A DNA stretch of 63,153 bases, filler included, from Octopus bimaculoides (Eukaryota), in the NCBI RefSeq assembly GCF_001194135.2. It is 6 parts of 6 records of this genome, joined end to end, with 100 filler letters (N's around TTAATTAATTAA, not from the genome) between each part and the next. Parts side by side here need not be neighbours in the genome. Positions count along the whole stretch, not along the records: positions 1 to 13,585 come from NC_069004.1; positions 13,686 to 41,564 come from NC_068981.1; 4 more parts are not named here. One strand, 5' to 3'. The position numbers were made by a program, and so were the translations under genes. Positions 12,717 through 24,479 of the stretch are shown one piece after another. How positions within the stretch are numbered: the stretch's first letter is position 1; every line of letters begins with the position of its first letter. Below the pieces are notes generated by a model. The model did no database searches. It was not told where the DNA came from and worked only from the letters and a program-made list of their open reading frames with translations.

Positions 12717-13585
12717 TAACTGAAGACTGTAAAGAATTTTCTTACGTTTTTTTTTTTATTTATTTATCACGCCTTGGCTTCGATTCAGTTTCCTTCCTGA
12801 GAAAGGGTGAGTGGAGAGGTGTGGGGTAAGTTTGATGAGGTATTAAAGAGTGGGAGAGGGGTGTATATTGAGGAAGTGTGTGTAGGGGGGGCATGTCGGT
12901 GAGAAAGCGTGTTTGTGCATGTGTGCATGGAAGTGTGTCTATTGAGAGCAGAGATGGCGAGAAAGTGGAGGGTGTGTGCGTGAGAGAGAGAGAGAGAGGG
13001 GGGGATTTGTAGGGGCATCGGTGTGTATACGTGTAAGTGTATGTGGGGATTTGTACGGAGGAAAGTGTGTGGGGAAGTGAATAAGTACATTGGGAATAGA
13101 ATGCGGGTAAGTGGGATGTATGGGGGAGGGCGGAAGTGTCTAAGTGAAATACTATTGGGAGAAAATGCGGAGAGGGGGATCGATTAAATAAGTACCCGTT
13201 ACGCACTGGGTCGATATAATCGACTTAATCCCTCTGTCTGTCCTTGTTTGTCTCCTCTATGTTTAGCCCCTTGTAGGCAATAAAGAAAGAAATATACAAG
13301 CCCTAGTATATGCATATATTTTATATTGAATGCTCTTTTTTGTCTCTACTACTTCACTTCATCCCCAAGTGGTCCTTGGTTCTAAGACATAACCCTGATT
13401 TATCTGTATCATCCAACCACATAAAATTTATGCAGCAACATATTTTCTTGACCTTAAACATCCTTCGTTTCGCACTAAATTATATTGTGCATTTAGAGAC
13501 TACATTCCTCTTACTGTAATCCTTATCTAGTTAATTAATAACTATACATATACATACATACATACATACATACATACATACATAC

Positions 13586-13685
13586 NNNNNNNNNNNNNNN
13601 NNNNNNNNNNNNNNNNNNNNNNNNNNNNNTTAATTAATTAANNNNNNNNNNNNNNNNNNNNNNNNNNNNNNNNNNNNNNNNNNNN
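13586..13685. other. Artificial 100-nt scaffold gap with TTAATTAATTAA six-frame-stop linker (also 41565-41664, 43846-43945, 58282-58381, 60365-60464)
   Basis: The identical 44N+TTAATTAATTAA+44N structure occurs five times. Confidence 0.95.
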
Positions 13686-14287
13686 AAGAAGAAGAAGAAG
13701 AAGAAGAAGAAGAAGAAGAAGAAGAAGAAGAAGAAGAAGAAGAAGAAGAAGAAGAAAGTTATAATAATAAGAAAGATATAATAATAATAATAATAATAAT
13801 GATAAAGATATAATTCAAAATTGTTACTGAATTTTTGCAGCGGTTGCTTGGAAGCAGTACGACTAACATGTTCCTCGACAAAGTAGTAAACACGAAAAGG
13901 ACATCAACTATACATAATTTTTCTTGTTCAGTTTTAATAAAAACAAGTTTACATTAATCTGATACTTTACTCTATACTTTACTAGAGTAAAGATTTATCA
14001 TTCTTATACAAGAACAATTATAATTTAAATAATAAAGGTGATAAATTGGATATTAATTTAAATCAATATCCAATTAATCACCCTTATTATTTAAATTTTA
14101 ATAATTATGTTCTCTAGCCGGCAACGGTTACTGCAGTGAATAATCTTCTGCGGAATTGTTTCCGCTATTTAACGCGCCAGAGCTGAGACTTTTGAAAATA
14201 ACTCCAATGTAATCGGTAGAACTGTACACATGTCTACTTTTATGTGGAAAATCCGTGTATTGTTCTGCAAATTATATTGTATCGAAC

Positions 14288-14368
14288 GGTCGTACTGATG
14301 AGTGTCGGATGGGTTATGTAAGTAAAAATTACATTAATCCATTAATGCACGAAACCTGGTCTACGACT
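14288..14368 (+). ncRNA. Type I hammerhead ribozyme
   Basis: Helix I GTCGTA (14289-94) pairs with TACGAC (14362-67). Core CTGATGA 14295-14301. Helix II is closed by GTGT/GCAC with an internal ATGGGTT-ATGTAA/TTACAT-T-AATCCAT stem. GAAA 14351-54. Short helix III ACC-T-GGT. Cleavage triplet GTC 14359-61. Confidence 0.8.
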
Positions 14369-14533
14369 AATTCTTTATTTTTTGCATATTTTCATTTGTC
14401 TTGTTCATATTCTGGTGTGCATTGAATTTCCCTGGAGAACATTATTTTCTTTTATGGTTTGACCGTTAATGGTCGATTTCTAGCGTAAAGGATGTCCACT
14501 TAGTGGTCATCCCTTCTCACATGTATGCAAGAA

Positions 14534-14591
<58 letters not shown>

Positions 14592-15095
14592 TGGTCTGAT
14601 CAATAAATACTCGGACTGTTGCCATAGTTTCGAAGCTAAAGCACGTAGAGTGAAACCGCTTCGCACAGAGTGAGATTGAACTCTACTGTCCATGCGCGCC
14701 AAGTTTTGGCGTTTTACCTCACTTCCGCTGTTTACATTCGTCAATATCGACATATTTTTGGCTCCCCAGGAAACGTCTGCATCACTCGTACACTTGTGTG
14801 CGGCGCTTACACAGCAGAGGTCAAGGTCAATCTTTACAAAGCGGCATCACTCTGCATGCTTTAGTTTCGTTATTATAGCAACAGTCCGGATACTTATTGA
14901 TCAGACCTCGATAGATCGCTGACCATATTTATATATTTTTTCTCCTTTTTTCTCTCCTTATTTCTGTCTGTGTTCCTTTCAGTTGAAGACCGTAGGCTCG
15001 AAACGTCAAAGACTTTCTCTATTCCCGAGCGTTAAACTAATACATCCATTTGTTGTTTACACCACCTGTCTTCGTCTGTTGTTTAATTCTCCCAA
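14369..15095 (+). mobile_element. Probable Penelope-like-element terminal-repeat-derived sequence, interrupted by (TA)n and a MITE
   Basis: It directly follows a hammerhead, and the downstream part carries a degenerate hammerhead-like motif ttgaaga..ctcgaaacgtc (14983-15007). The family assignment is inferred from the known PLE-hammerhead association. Confidence 0.45.
14588..14912. mobile_element. Tc1/mariner-type MITE inserted in a (TA)n tract
   Basis: ~35-bp TIRs: ggtctgatcaataaatactcggactgttgccata and tatagcaacagtccggatacttattgatcagacc. TA-type flanks, no ORF. Confidence 0.85.
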
Positions 15096-16267
15096 CGCAG
15101 ATCTCCAAGCTCTTTTGCAGATACCATTATTACACTCGCCTAGGATATGAAAACATCACAACAATATTCGCTCACACTCTTGCTGTAGTGGTCAGAAACT
15201 TTGTATCACTTGTAATAGATTGTAATAGAAGTGAAATGAGTATGATAACATTTAGGATTCTCCATCCAAACAGCGAATAAGTAACAGTTTAAAAGAATTG
15301 GGAATTCTGAAATGGGAGAAGATACATTGTGTCATCGATGAAATCTAGAGTATTAAAAACATATTTAACCATGTTTCAGCAGATGTACGTCAGATACATT
15401 GTTAAAATAGTAACATAAATAAATACGAATATCTCATATAGAAGTAAATACTTGCAGTAGAAGATGAATATATATAAGAAAAATATTATTTGTTGAAAAG
15501 CTGCAGAAGCATTTCCTAATGTTTTCCCTATAATGTATTGATCTTAAGATCGATAAATGTCTACATTTAATGCTAAGATAAGATTTTCTTGGGCGTTTTG
15601 CAGTTGGGTGAAATACGCCTAAACATGCTTACAACTGATTTTTTTTTATTTTCGTGTGTCTATTGACAGTGTAGAATGTCTACAAAGTCACAGTTTAAAA
15701 TAAATTCGCCATGTGCAGTATTATTTCTACGAGTTAGAATTTTCGTTTCAACGTTATGAAAATACAAATATTCGATTTCCTAAGGTTATCATTATCCAGA
15801 TCAATAAGTTCATCTTTTATAATTTTTTATCTGCAATATTTATATTTACACCCTACTCTGAGCAATTTGATTTCCGATCATCATCTTCATGTTTCATATT
15901 CATGGATGTAAACATACAACCATACTGGATTCAATTTAAATTTTACGAATAAATCACCTGATAGCGATCATGAAGATATAAATATAACACATACACTCTA
16001 AGAAAATTACACTGTTAGTCCAAAAAATTGTAATCATTTTAAGAACTCAGCTCAGACATTTAACATGTATTCCATTTTCTTTTAGACTTACCCATATCCA
16101 TTTTCAATAAAATTATGGTCAAGTTTAGCAGCCGCAAGAGGCGTTTTCCTTTCTTTAGTTTTAATTTAATTTAATTTATTTATTTGTTAATTTTATATTT
16201 CGTAGAAGGATCACAGATCTTGTGTATTTTAGGTTATTTTAGGTTATTTAGGTGTACTTTAGGTTAT

Positions 16268-16348
16268 TTGTATAACTGTTTAGCTGCGTTTCCATTGCTA
16301 AAGTTATACGTCTGTTTATGTATGTATGTATGTATGTATGTATGTATG

Positions 16349-16400
<52 letters not shown>

Positions 16401-17362
16401 GTTCTTTTTTTCTAAAGAATGAAATAAATAAGAATTTTTAAATAAACATTATTGTACCATTCTAACACGAATTGAAAATCGAGAAAAAAATATGAGGAAA
16501 TAAGCTAGTATGTCATATGTATGACATTTCACTTCCCAGTTTAATATAATCCTCTAGTTTATATATGCCTTTAAGGAAACACACCCTGTTGTAAATATTT
16601 GGAGAAGACTTCCGTAAGTGAGAATTCCATGGCATTCATGATGAACCGACACTCATCACGCGCATCTGAACGCCAACCCTTAAAACTAAACACACTGGGT
16701 AATCCCCACTTCTATTTTCTACTACCCGAAGACATCAGTCCAAAGTTTAGCCTACACATCTCTAGATTTCACATAATCCACACGTGTTATTCCTTTCCGA
16801 AACAAAACTCTAGACTTCTAGCTATACTCATATTTTTTTATCCAGACTCACTTTTTACTTGCACTTCACACTCAAGTGGTTGTCTGCGCATACATAGAAA
16901 CAACTTTCTTCAACATGCTGTCTCTCCTTTCATCATTAATGATAAACTACCCGAAGACATACTACCTGATGTCTTCGGGTAATAGAAAATAGAAATGAGG
17001 ATTACCCAGTGTGTTTAGTTTTAAGGTTTGGCGTGATGAGTGTCGGTTCATCATGAATGCCATGGAATTCTCGCTTACAGAATCTTCTCCAAATATTTAC
17101 TGCAGGGTGTGTTTCCTTAAGGGATATATAAACTAGATGATTATATTAAACTGGAAAGTGAAATGTAACTAGCATGATACATATGACGTAGTAGCTAATT
17201 TCCTCATTTTTTTGTTCTTGATTTGAATTCGTTTTAGAATGGCACAACAGTGTTTATTTTAAAATTCTTATTTATTTCATTATTTCGAAAGATAGATATA
17301 TAGATATATAGATAAACAGACGTATACTTTAACAATGGAAACGCGGCTAAACCGTTATACAA
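16268..17362. repeat. Long inverted repeat / foldback element: arms ~16268-16740 and ~16967-17362 with a ~225-bp spacer
   Basis: Arms are reverse complements along their length apart from indels and a microsatellite expansion, e.g. ccatggcattcatgatgaaccgacactcatcacgc vs gcgtgatgagtgtcggttcatcatgaatgccatgg. Confidence 0.9.
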
Positions 17363-20300
17363 TGCAAAATGAAGGGCGCATCGGATAATGTGTATAATTT
17401 GTATACTGTATCTTAATCAAATGATTCGATGGTCATGCCTAGCAGTTCTTTTGATCATAGATTTGATCAATCAGTGCTGTTATAAGGTTACACAACATCA
17501 ATAACAATATGACATTCCGAAAGATTAATGGAAAACAGATGACACGACGGAAACACCAATCGGTTATGAGCTGAACATGCAACTCAATATTTGCTACCAC
17601 TTGGTAATTTTCTCTCTATTACAAGCAGCTTCACAGTGACAGAACACGAATACACAATATTAATCTAGAATGTGTATTATTCATATAAAGCTCGCAAATA
17701 AGCATTAATCGTTTGTAAAAGGTATCAATTTCAGGCTAATATTCTCTCCAGACTCAATATTTAGTATCCATTATTTATTTCTACTCTAAACAGTCACTAT
17801 TAAAGACATAATTTCTCTGGAACTTAATCGATTTATTCCCCCATATGTCTTGGAAACAATTTCTAAGAATACAATATTGGTCCCGCTGCATACTTGATTT
17901 TGAGGTTAGTAATGTACCTTCCTTTTCTTTGTTTTTCTTATCGGAAGAAATATTTAATGAGACAAATCTCAACGTACCATATCTGTCATTTATTGCAGAA
18001 TTTCTTTTAATACATGTGTAATGTCTTCATGAATTTTATAAACTACTGATTTCTATTTGCCTATTGCCCCACCCCTCATTCTTACCCCCTTCCAACTTCT
18101 CTCGCTCACTCTTTCTTTCTCTTTCTCTCTCTGTCTCGCTCTCTTTCACGCTCACTTCATTTTTCTGTTGCTCTGATAATCGTACTCCATATATATATAT
18201 ATANNNNNNNNNNNNNNNNNNNNNNNNNNNNNNNNNNNNNNNNNNNNNNATATATGTATGCATGTATGTATGCATGCATGTGTTATTGTATATGCAGCTA
18301 CATTATATCACAGTTTGTATAAACATTAATATAAAATTAATGTACTCTGTTTCAAGATAAAAGCATGCGCGTGTGAAAAACTGGACATTTATAGGAATAT
18401 GTCTATTTGCAAAGTTGTTTTCACTCATTCTTACTATCTCCGTCTCCACATGGCTATGGCTCTATTTCATTCATGCCCCAGTTCCGTCTCCCTCCCTTGC
18501 ATCTCTCTCCACTGTCTGTTTCTCGTAATATTTATATGCGTATCTGTATATATGTCTATATAAACTCTCTCTCGCTCTCTCTCTCACGCACACAGACGCG
18601 TGCGCACGCACATAAATATACAGACACAAATATTTATATACATCAAATATACACACTTACAAATTCATATACACATATGCGTGCACACACTCACAAATGT
18701 TTGTACACNNNNNNNNNNNNNNNNNNNNNNNNNNNNNNNNNNNNNNNNNNNNNNNNNNNNNNNNNNNNNNNNNNNNNNNNNNNNNNNNNNNNNNNNNNNN
18801 NNNNNNNNNNNNNNNNNNNNNNNNNNNNNNNNNNNNNNNNNNNNNNNNNNNNNNNNNNNNNNNNNNNNNNNNNTATATATATATATATATATATATATAT
18901 GTGAAAGAAAATATCTCTCATGAGTATTTAAGAGTGACTATTATATTTCTATGTACAAAAAAGCCTTTAATTCTACAACTCGGATTTCGTTTAATGTATT
19001 GTACATGAAAGTAAACTATAATAATATACAAAGACCGCTGTTAAATAACTGATTTCTATAATACTATCTTTAAGTGGACTGTCGCATTCACTGGATACAT
19101 GTGACAACACAGGCAGTGTGGTCACAGTTTATATTGTTTAATATTTGATAGATACATTGAAATAAATAATTCTTTCGTCTTTTATGTTAAATAAATAAAA
19201 AAATGACTATACCTTGATACTGTGTGAACTGAAATCATATTCACAACCGTTGGTGTATGAAATGAAAATCTAAAATGTAGTTTCGAATCTGTTTCGATTC
19301 TCGCTTGATTCTGAACCATTCCACTTTTGCTGTTAATGTTCTTTATGAACGATATAATATTAAAAAACTGCTTCAATTCTATTGTTTATATCACATAAGA
19401 TTAGTGATGACAGTAGCAATAATATTCAAAAGTAAGGTGATCGCTAAAACGTAAGTCAACTTTGCTTTTCATCATGCAATGGACGATATAATACGTACAT
19501 GCCAAGTAGAGGCTTCCTTATATGGTTTCAGCATTGTACTTGTGATAAATATCCTTTCCCTTAATCACGGCAAAAGTGTTTAATTATATTTTAGCCGAGA
19601 TCTTTAGAGGATGACTGATGTCTGATGTATTAACTTTGTCAAGCCGTATTCCTGCTATAACGAGAATAGATTAAAGTCATGTCGTCTAGATTTCCGATAA
19701 AGTGTTAATGAACAGCACACATAGAAAAGGAAGATGCAGTCGAATCTGTCCATTAGTTTGCCTGCAATCGTTAATCTTAAGCTGTATATGCAACTATGTA
19801 TCTTTCTGCTCAGGAGCCGACGTGGAAGGTAAAGTTAGGTTCATTGGCCCATGTCTGAGGCAGTTAAGCTGCGACAATAGCGACCGGATGATCGTTCATT
19901 TCTGTTGTAAATAATCACAGTAACTGAACTAACAGACATAGACCTATTTCTTTAAAGCTGAAAAATATGGAATTTCTGACCTGTCGAAAATAAGTTTAGC
20001 ATTATTGAAAAGCAAAGGGAATAAACGAAGTAGAAGAATGATAACAGAAAGCTGGGAATCCATTGATTCGAAAGATTGGTTACCAAGTTGATTTCGACTT
20101 GATGAAAGATTTCAAGACATTTTCGTAATTGTTGTTGCTCGGAGTTAGTTTTATTAGACCTAATTTACATGTAAACCTCTATAGGTAGTGACCCAGATGA
20201 TGCTGTTCCCCATAGTAAGGAAAATAGTCCCTTGCAGCTAGTCTTCAAAATTAATCAAGGGCTGAAAATAAAAATCTTCAGCAGAACAAAATTGGAATTG

Positions 20301-20882
20301 ATTGACGCTTCTTCAGTATTTTATAAACATTCTGGTACAGAACTCAACAGAGTGCAAAGGAAATTCACCTGTACATAGATTTGAACTCAGAGTTAAAGTT
20401 ACATGATACAATACTCTATTATTTTAGCAACTTAATGCTCTAACAGATATTCAAAATATTAACTCATATCTGTGAAAAAGTTCTAGCAGTTTCAAATGGA
20501 TTAACGTTACTGTCAGCTAAATACTGTATACTTTCTTATTCCAAATTCGTATGCCGTTTCTTCTTTAGTCGCTAATAACGTACTTAACATCAAATAACTG
20601 TAAGGAGAACTGAGTTTTATCTTAAAATAAGTAACTAAAGACTTTTCCTGCTGCTAAAGGATTTACTCATAGTTTATTAAATTATGTTACGTTTTAAGTG
20701 AGAGAGGCGAGTTAATCCTATGTAAGTAGCACTTATGATACCACTTGGTGTTATTTTACCCCAAATCATAGTAATATATTCTGCAAATACCTCGTCAAGA
20801 TCTGCTGTGTGTGTGTGTTTGTGTGTGTGCCTGTGGATCTATATTTATATAAGTGTATATATATATATATATAAAAATAGAG

Positions 20883-20915
<33 letters not shown>

Positions 20916-20937
20916 TACACATACATCTATATCTATC

Positions 20938-20988
<51 letters not shown>

Positions 20989-21689
20989 TATATGTATGTT
21001 ACATGCATACATACGTACATACATAAAATACAAATCCTAATGATTGAGAAATGTAAAAACGATTATAGGAAGTAGCTCGTGTGAAATTATGAAAGCCACT
21101 AACACCACCAAACGGAGAAAATAATACATAGATGGAAATCTCAATGGAAACGTTTATACTAAATAGTCATGTGAGTGATAATTCATTTAATTATATCAAA
21201 GGATATAACTGATCAGCAGTATCATGCATAATGATCTACGGCATGTAGTTATATATCCTAACGTTCGTAGATCAAATCCAACCAAATTCGACTTTATTTT
21301 CTTCTTTCCGGATGTATACAATAAATATTCTTCAAGCAGTAAGGTAGCTTTAACAGGTCAGATCTTTTCTTTAAACTGTACGACATGCGGCTGATATTAT
21401 TATATAGTTGAAATGTTAACTCACATAACGTATACATAATGCGAAGGCTATACATTTGATTGTAATTGGTAGGTAAATTATATATTTTATCTTTATCTTT
21501 TATTTGTCTTAGTCATTAGACTGCGACCGTGCTGGGGCACCGCCTGGAAGGATTGTAGACGAACGAATCGCCCCCCCCCCTCCAACCTGTGGGTTTTCTT
21601 TTAAAGCCTGGTACTTATTCTACTACTATAGCCTCGGGCCGCCTAAAGCCTTGTGAGTGGATTTNNNNNNNNNNTGGTACTTATTCTAC

Positions 21690-21753
21690 TACTATAGCCT
21701 CGGGCCGACTAAAGCCTTGTGAGTGGATTCGGTAGACGGAAACTGAAAGAAGC

Positions 21754-21835
<82 letters not shown>

Positions 21836-22035
21836 TTTGTTTAACCCCCCCCCCAACATCACTTGACAACCGATGCTGGTGTGTTTACATTCCCGTAACC
21901 TAGCGGTTCGGCAAAAGAGACCGATAGAATATATACTAAGCTTACAAAGAATACGTCCTGGGGTCGATTTCTTCGACTAAAGGCGGTGCTCCAGCATGGC
22001 CACAGTCAAATGACTGAAACAAGTAAAAAAGAAAA
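21690..22035 (+). mobile_element. Major SINE, 5'-truncated, with internal (TA)n(TG)n
   Basis: Conserved body and tail gactaaaggcggtgctccagcatggccacagtcaaatgactgaaacaagtaaaa. Confidence 0.85.
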
Positions 22036-22039
22036 TATG

Positions 22040-22205
22040 TGCATATATACGATGGTCTTTTTTCTGTTTCCATCTACCAAATCCACTCACAGCACTGGTT
22101 GGTCCGTGGCTATAGGAGAAGAGCCTTGACCAGGGTGGCACGTAATGCGAATGAACCTGGAACCATGTGGTTAGAAAGCAAACTTCATACCAAACTGACA
22201 CGCAT
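22040..22205 (-). mobile_element. Major SINE head, minus strand
   Basis: Reverse complement of the family head (gaaccatgtggttagaaagcaaacttc). Confidence 0.7.
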
Positions 22206-22559
22206 GTACCTTTGGAAATATTTGACAAACTTGTTTTTGCGATATTTCTGACGCCTAACATTACAGTTAAGTGCAAAGTATAGTAATGGTAATTCATATT
22301 GTGATATATGAATGTTCCACATATCAGGGCATGATTGTCCCCATTATTCAAAATTCTATGGATGTAGGTTGATATAAATACATACATATTTAGAAACAGA
22401 CACATATAAACAAACAAACAAACATACATACATACATACATACATACATACATGCACTTCTGTGCTATTTAGGTGTCACTGAAATATATCCCCTAAACTC
22501 AGTGTTCACACCATATTCCGTATTTTACGAGAACGATCATATGAAAGCAAAATCAAGAT

Positions 22560-22968
22560 AAAGTACTTTGTTACTTGTTTCAGTATTTTGACTGCGACCA
22601 TGCTGGAGCACCGCTTTTAGTCGAACAAATCGACGCCAGGACATATTCTTTGCAAGCATAGTACTTATTTTATCGGTTTCTTTTGCCAAACTGCTAAGTT
22701 ACGGGTACGTAGACACACGAGCATCGGTTGTCAAGCGATGGTATGGGAGATACAGAGACATACACACACACACACACACACACACAGATATAAATGTAGA
22801 TATATGACGGGTCTCTTTCCGTTTCCATCTAACAAATCCACTCACAAGGATTTGGCCGGCCCGAGGCTATAGTAGAAGACACTTGCCCTTGGTGCCACGC
22901 AGTGGGACTGAACTCGGAACCATGTGGTTGGGAAGCAAGCTTCTCAACGCACACCCACTCATGTGCCT
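22560..22968 (-). mobile_element. Major SINE, full length, with internal (CA)n
   Basis: Reverse complement of the 11488-11872 family from head to tail. Confidence 0.85.
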
Positions 22969-23614
22969 ATACTGGGACCAAAAGTATTTTAAAAGATGCT
23001 TCTGTATGTGGTCGACGTCAGATAACTTTTACTGTTAGATAGAAACAAAGAATTATGAGTATTGAATTGAAAATTGAACATGAATCGGGATTAATTGATG
23101 TGATCAGATGGAGGAAAATAAACAGCTAGACAAATAGATTTAAGCACAGAAAATAAAGTGAGACAAGCAGAATTCTTTAAACCATATTGTGTGGATATGT
23201 ACCGCAATGTCATAAGCCAAGGTAACGTTAGTATATTTGTTCCAATTGCTTTCGCTCTAAGTCTCATATTTGTATTTAACTAAATAGAGTTTATGTTTAA
23301 AAATCTCTGAGTAGTATTTAGTTGAATCTTGTTACTCTTCTTTCAAGGCAATTATATTTTATTGGCGAATGTTCTTCATTGTAATAATGTATGCATGAAC
23401 GTATATTCATTAAATCATAAATCACAGACATACATGTATACAAATATATTCGATCGTATCTTTACATACTCACATAGACTTGTAGAAAGCAGACGTATAT
23501 TCCATCATAATGAGATGGATTGATTTAAAATAACGAGGAAGTACTATTAACAAGATAACATCACAAAGGAGAGAAAGAAACGGAATATATCTTTTGTTGT
23601 GAATTCCTGGATAC

Positions 23615-23689
<75 letters not shown>

Positions 23690-24479
23690 ACACACACACA
23701 TGTCTATGTATGTTTATATGTATGTATTAATTATATGTATTATACATACACTCATACACAGACAAACACACATACACATATATATATATGATGTAGACAG
23801 CATTGTTTTCTCTTCATGAAAACTGATAATCTTTTGAACTCTTTTGGATATTTCTCAGACATAAAACAAATTGTTAAACTATTCCACTCCTAGAATAAGT
23901 GATTACAGGTAAAGCTATATTACTCTATGACTCTGCACTAATTCTTCTTAGTCAGCAGATTTTGGCGTACCTCCAGTTATGATGAAAGCGAAGGAAGAAG
24001 AGAAAGTAGGAAAAAAATAGTATATGTTTCTACATTATATGTAGTTCACAGACTCGTTGATGGCCTTTCTTCCTCACATGCATTCAAACAAACAAACAAA
24101 CAAACAAACAAATAAACAAACACAATACGTACAAACGCACACATATAAACATACACGAATACACAAACTGAAATACACACACATGCTGTTTACAATAATA
24201 ATTCTTTCAACAAAATATTGCTCACTCTTTACAAAACATGATGATGACAATGATGGCGATAATGATGATGGTGGTCATGATCATGATTATGACAACGATG
24301 ACTTGCTTTTAATCATGTTGGTTAAATAATATTAATAGTGAAATTAACTAATTTATCATTCAATTCAACGATCCATCAACACAAAGGAGATGATAATAAT
24401 TATGATGATGATAAAGTTATAAAAATATCATCATCATCACCACCACCGTCACCACCACCACCGCCGCCGCCGCCGCCGC

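Noticed and set aside
13630-13641. TTAATTAATTAA recurring five times
   Set aside because: Always centred in an exact 100-nt N gap; an assembler linker with stops in all six frames, not biology.
16225-16270. TTAGG-containing short repeats
   Set aside because: Irregular ttaggttatt units, not a TTAGGG telomeric array.
17030-17060. tgatgagtgtcgg, a 13-mer shared with the hammerhead core region
   Set aside because: Preceded by G rather than C, no downstream GAAA or helices, and it lies within the inverted-repeat arm; treated as coincidence.
19826-19855. Possible 15-nt plus-strand microexon (ctcag|GAGCCGACGTGGAAG|gtaaag)
   Set aside because: Splice-like motifs of this strength occur by chance, and there is no supporting plus-strand gene.
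21609-21730. 56-bp direct repeat on either side of a 10-N gap
   Set aside because: Near-identical sequence flanking a gap is typical of unmerged contig overlaps or haplotypes.
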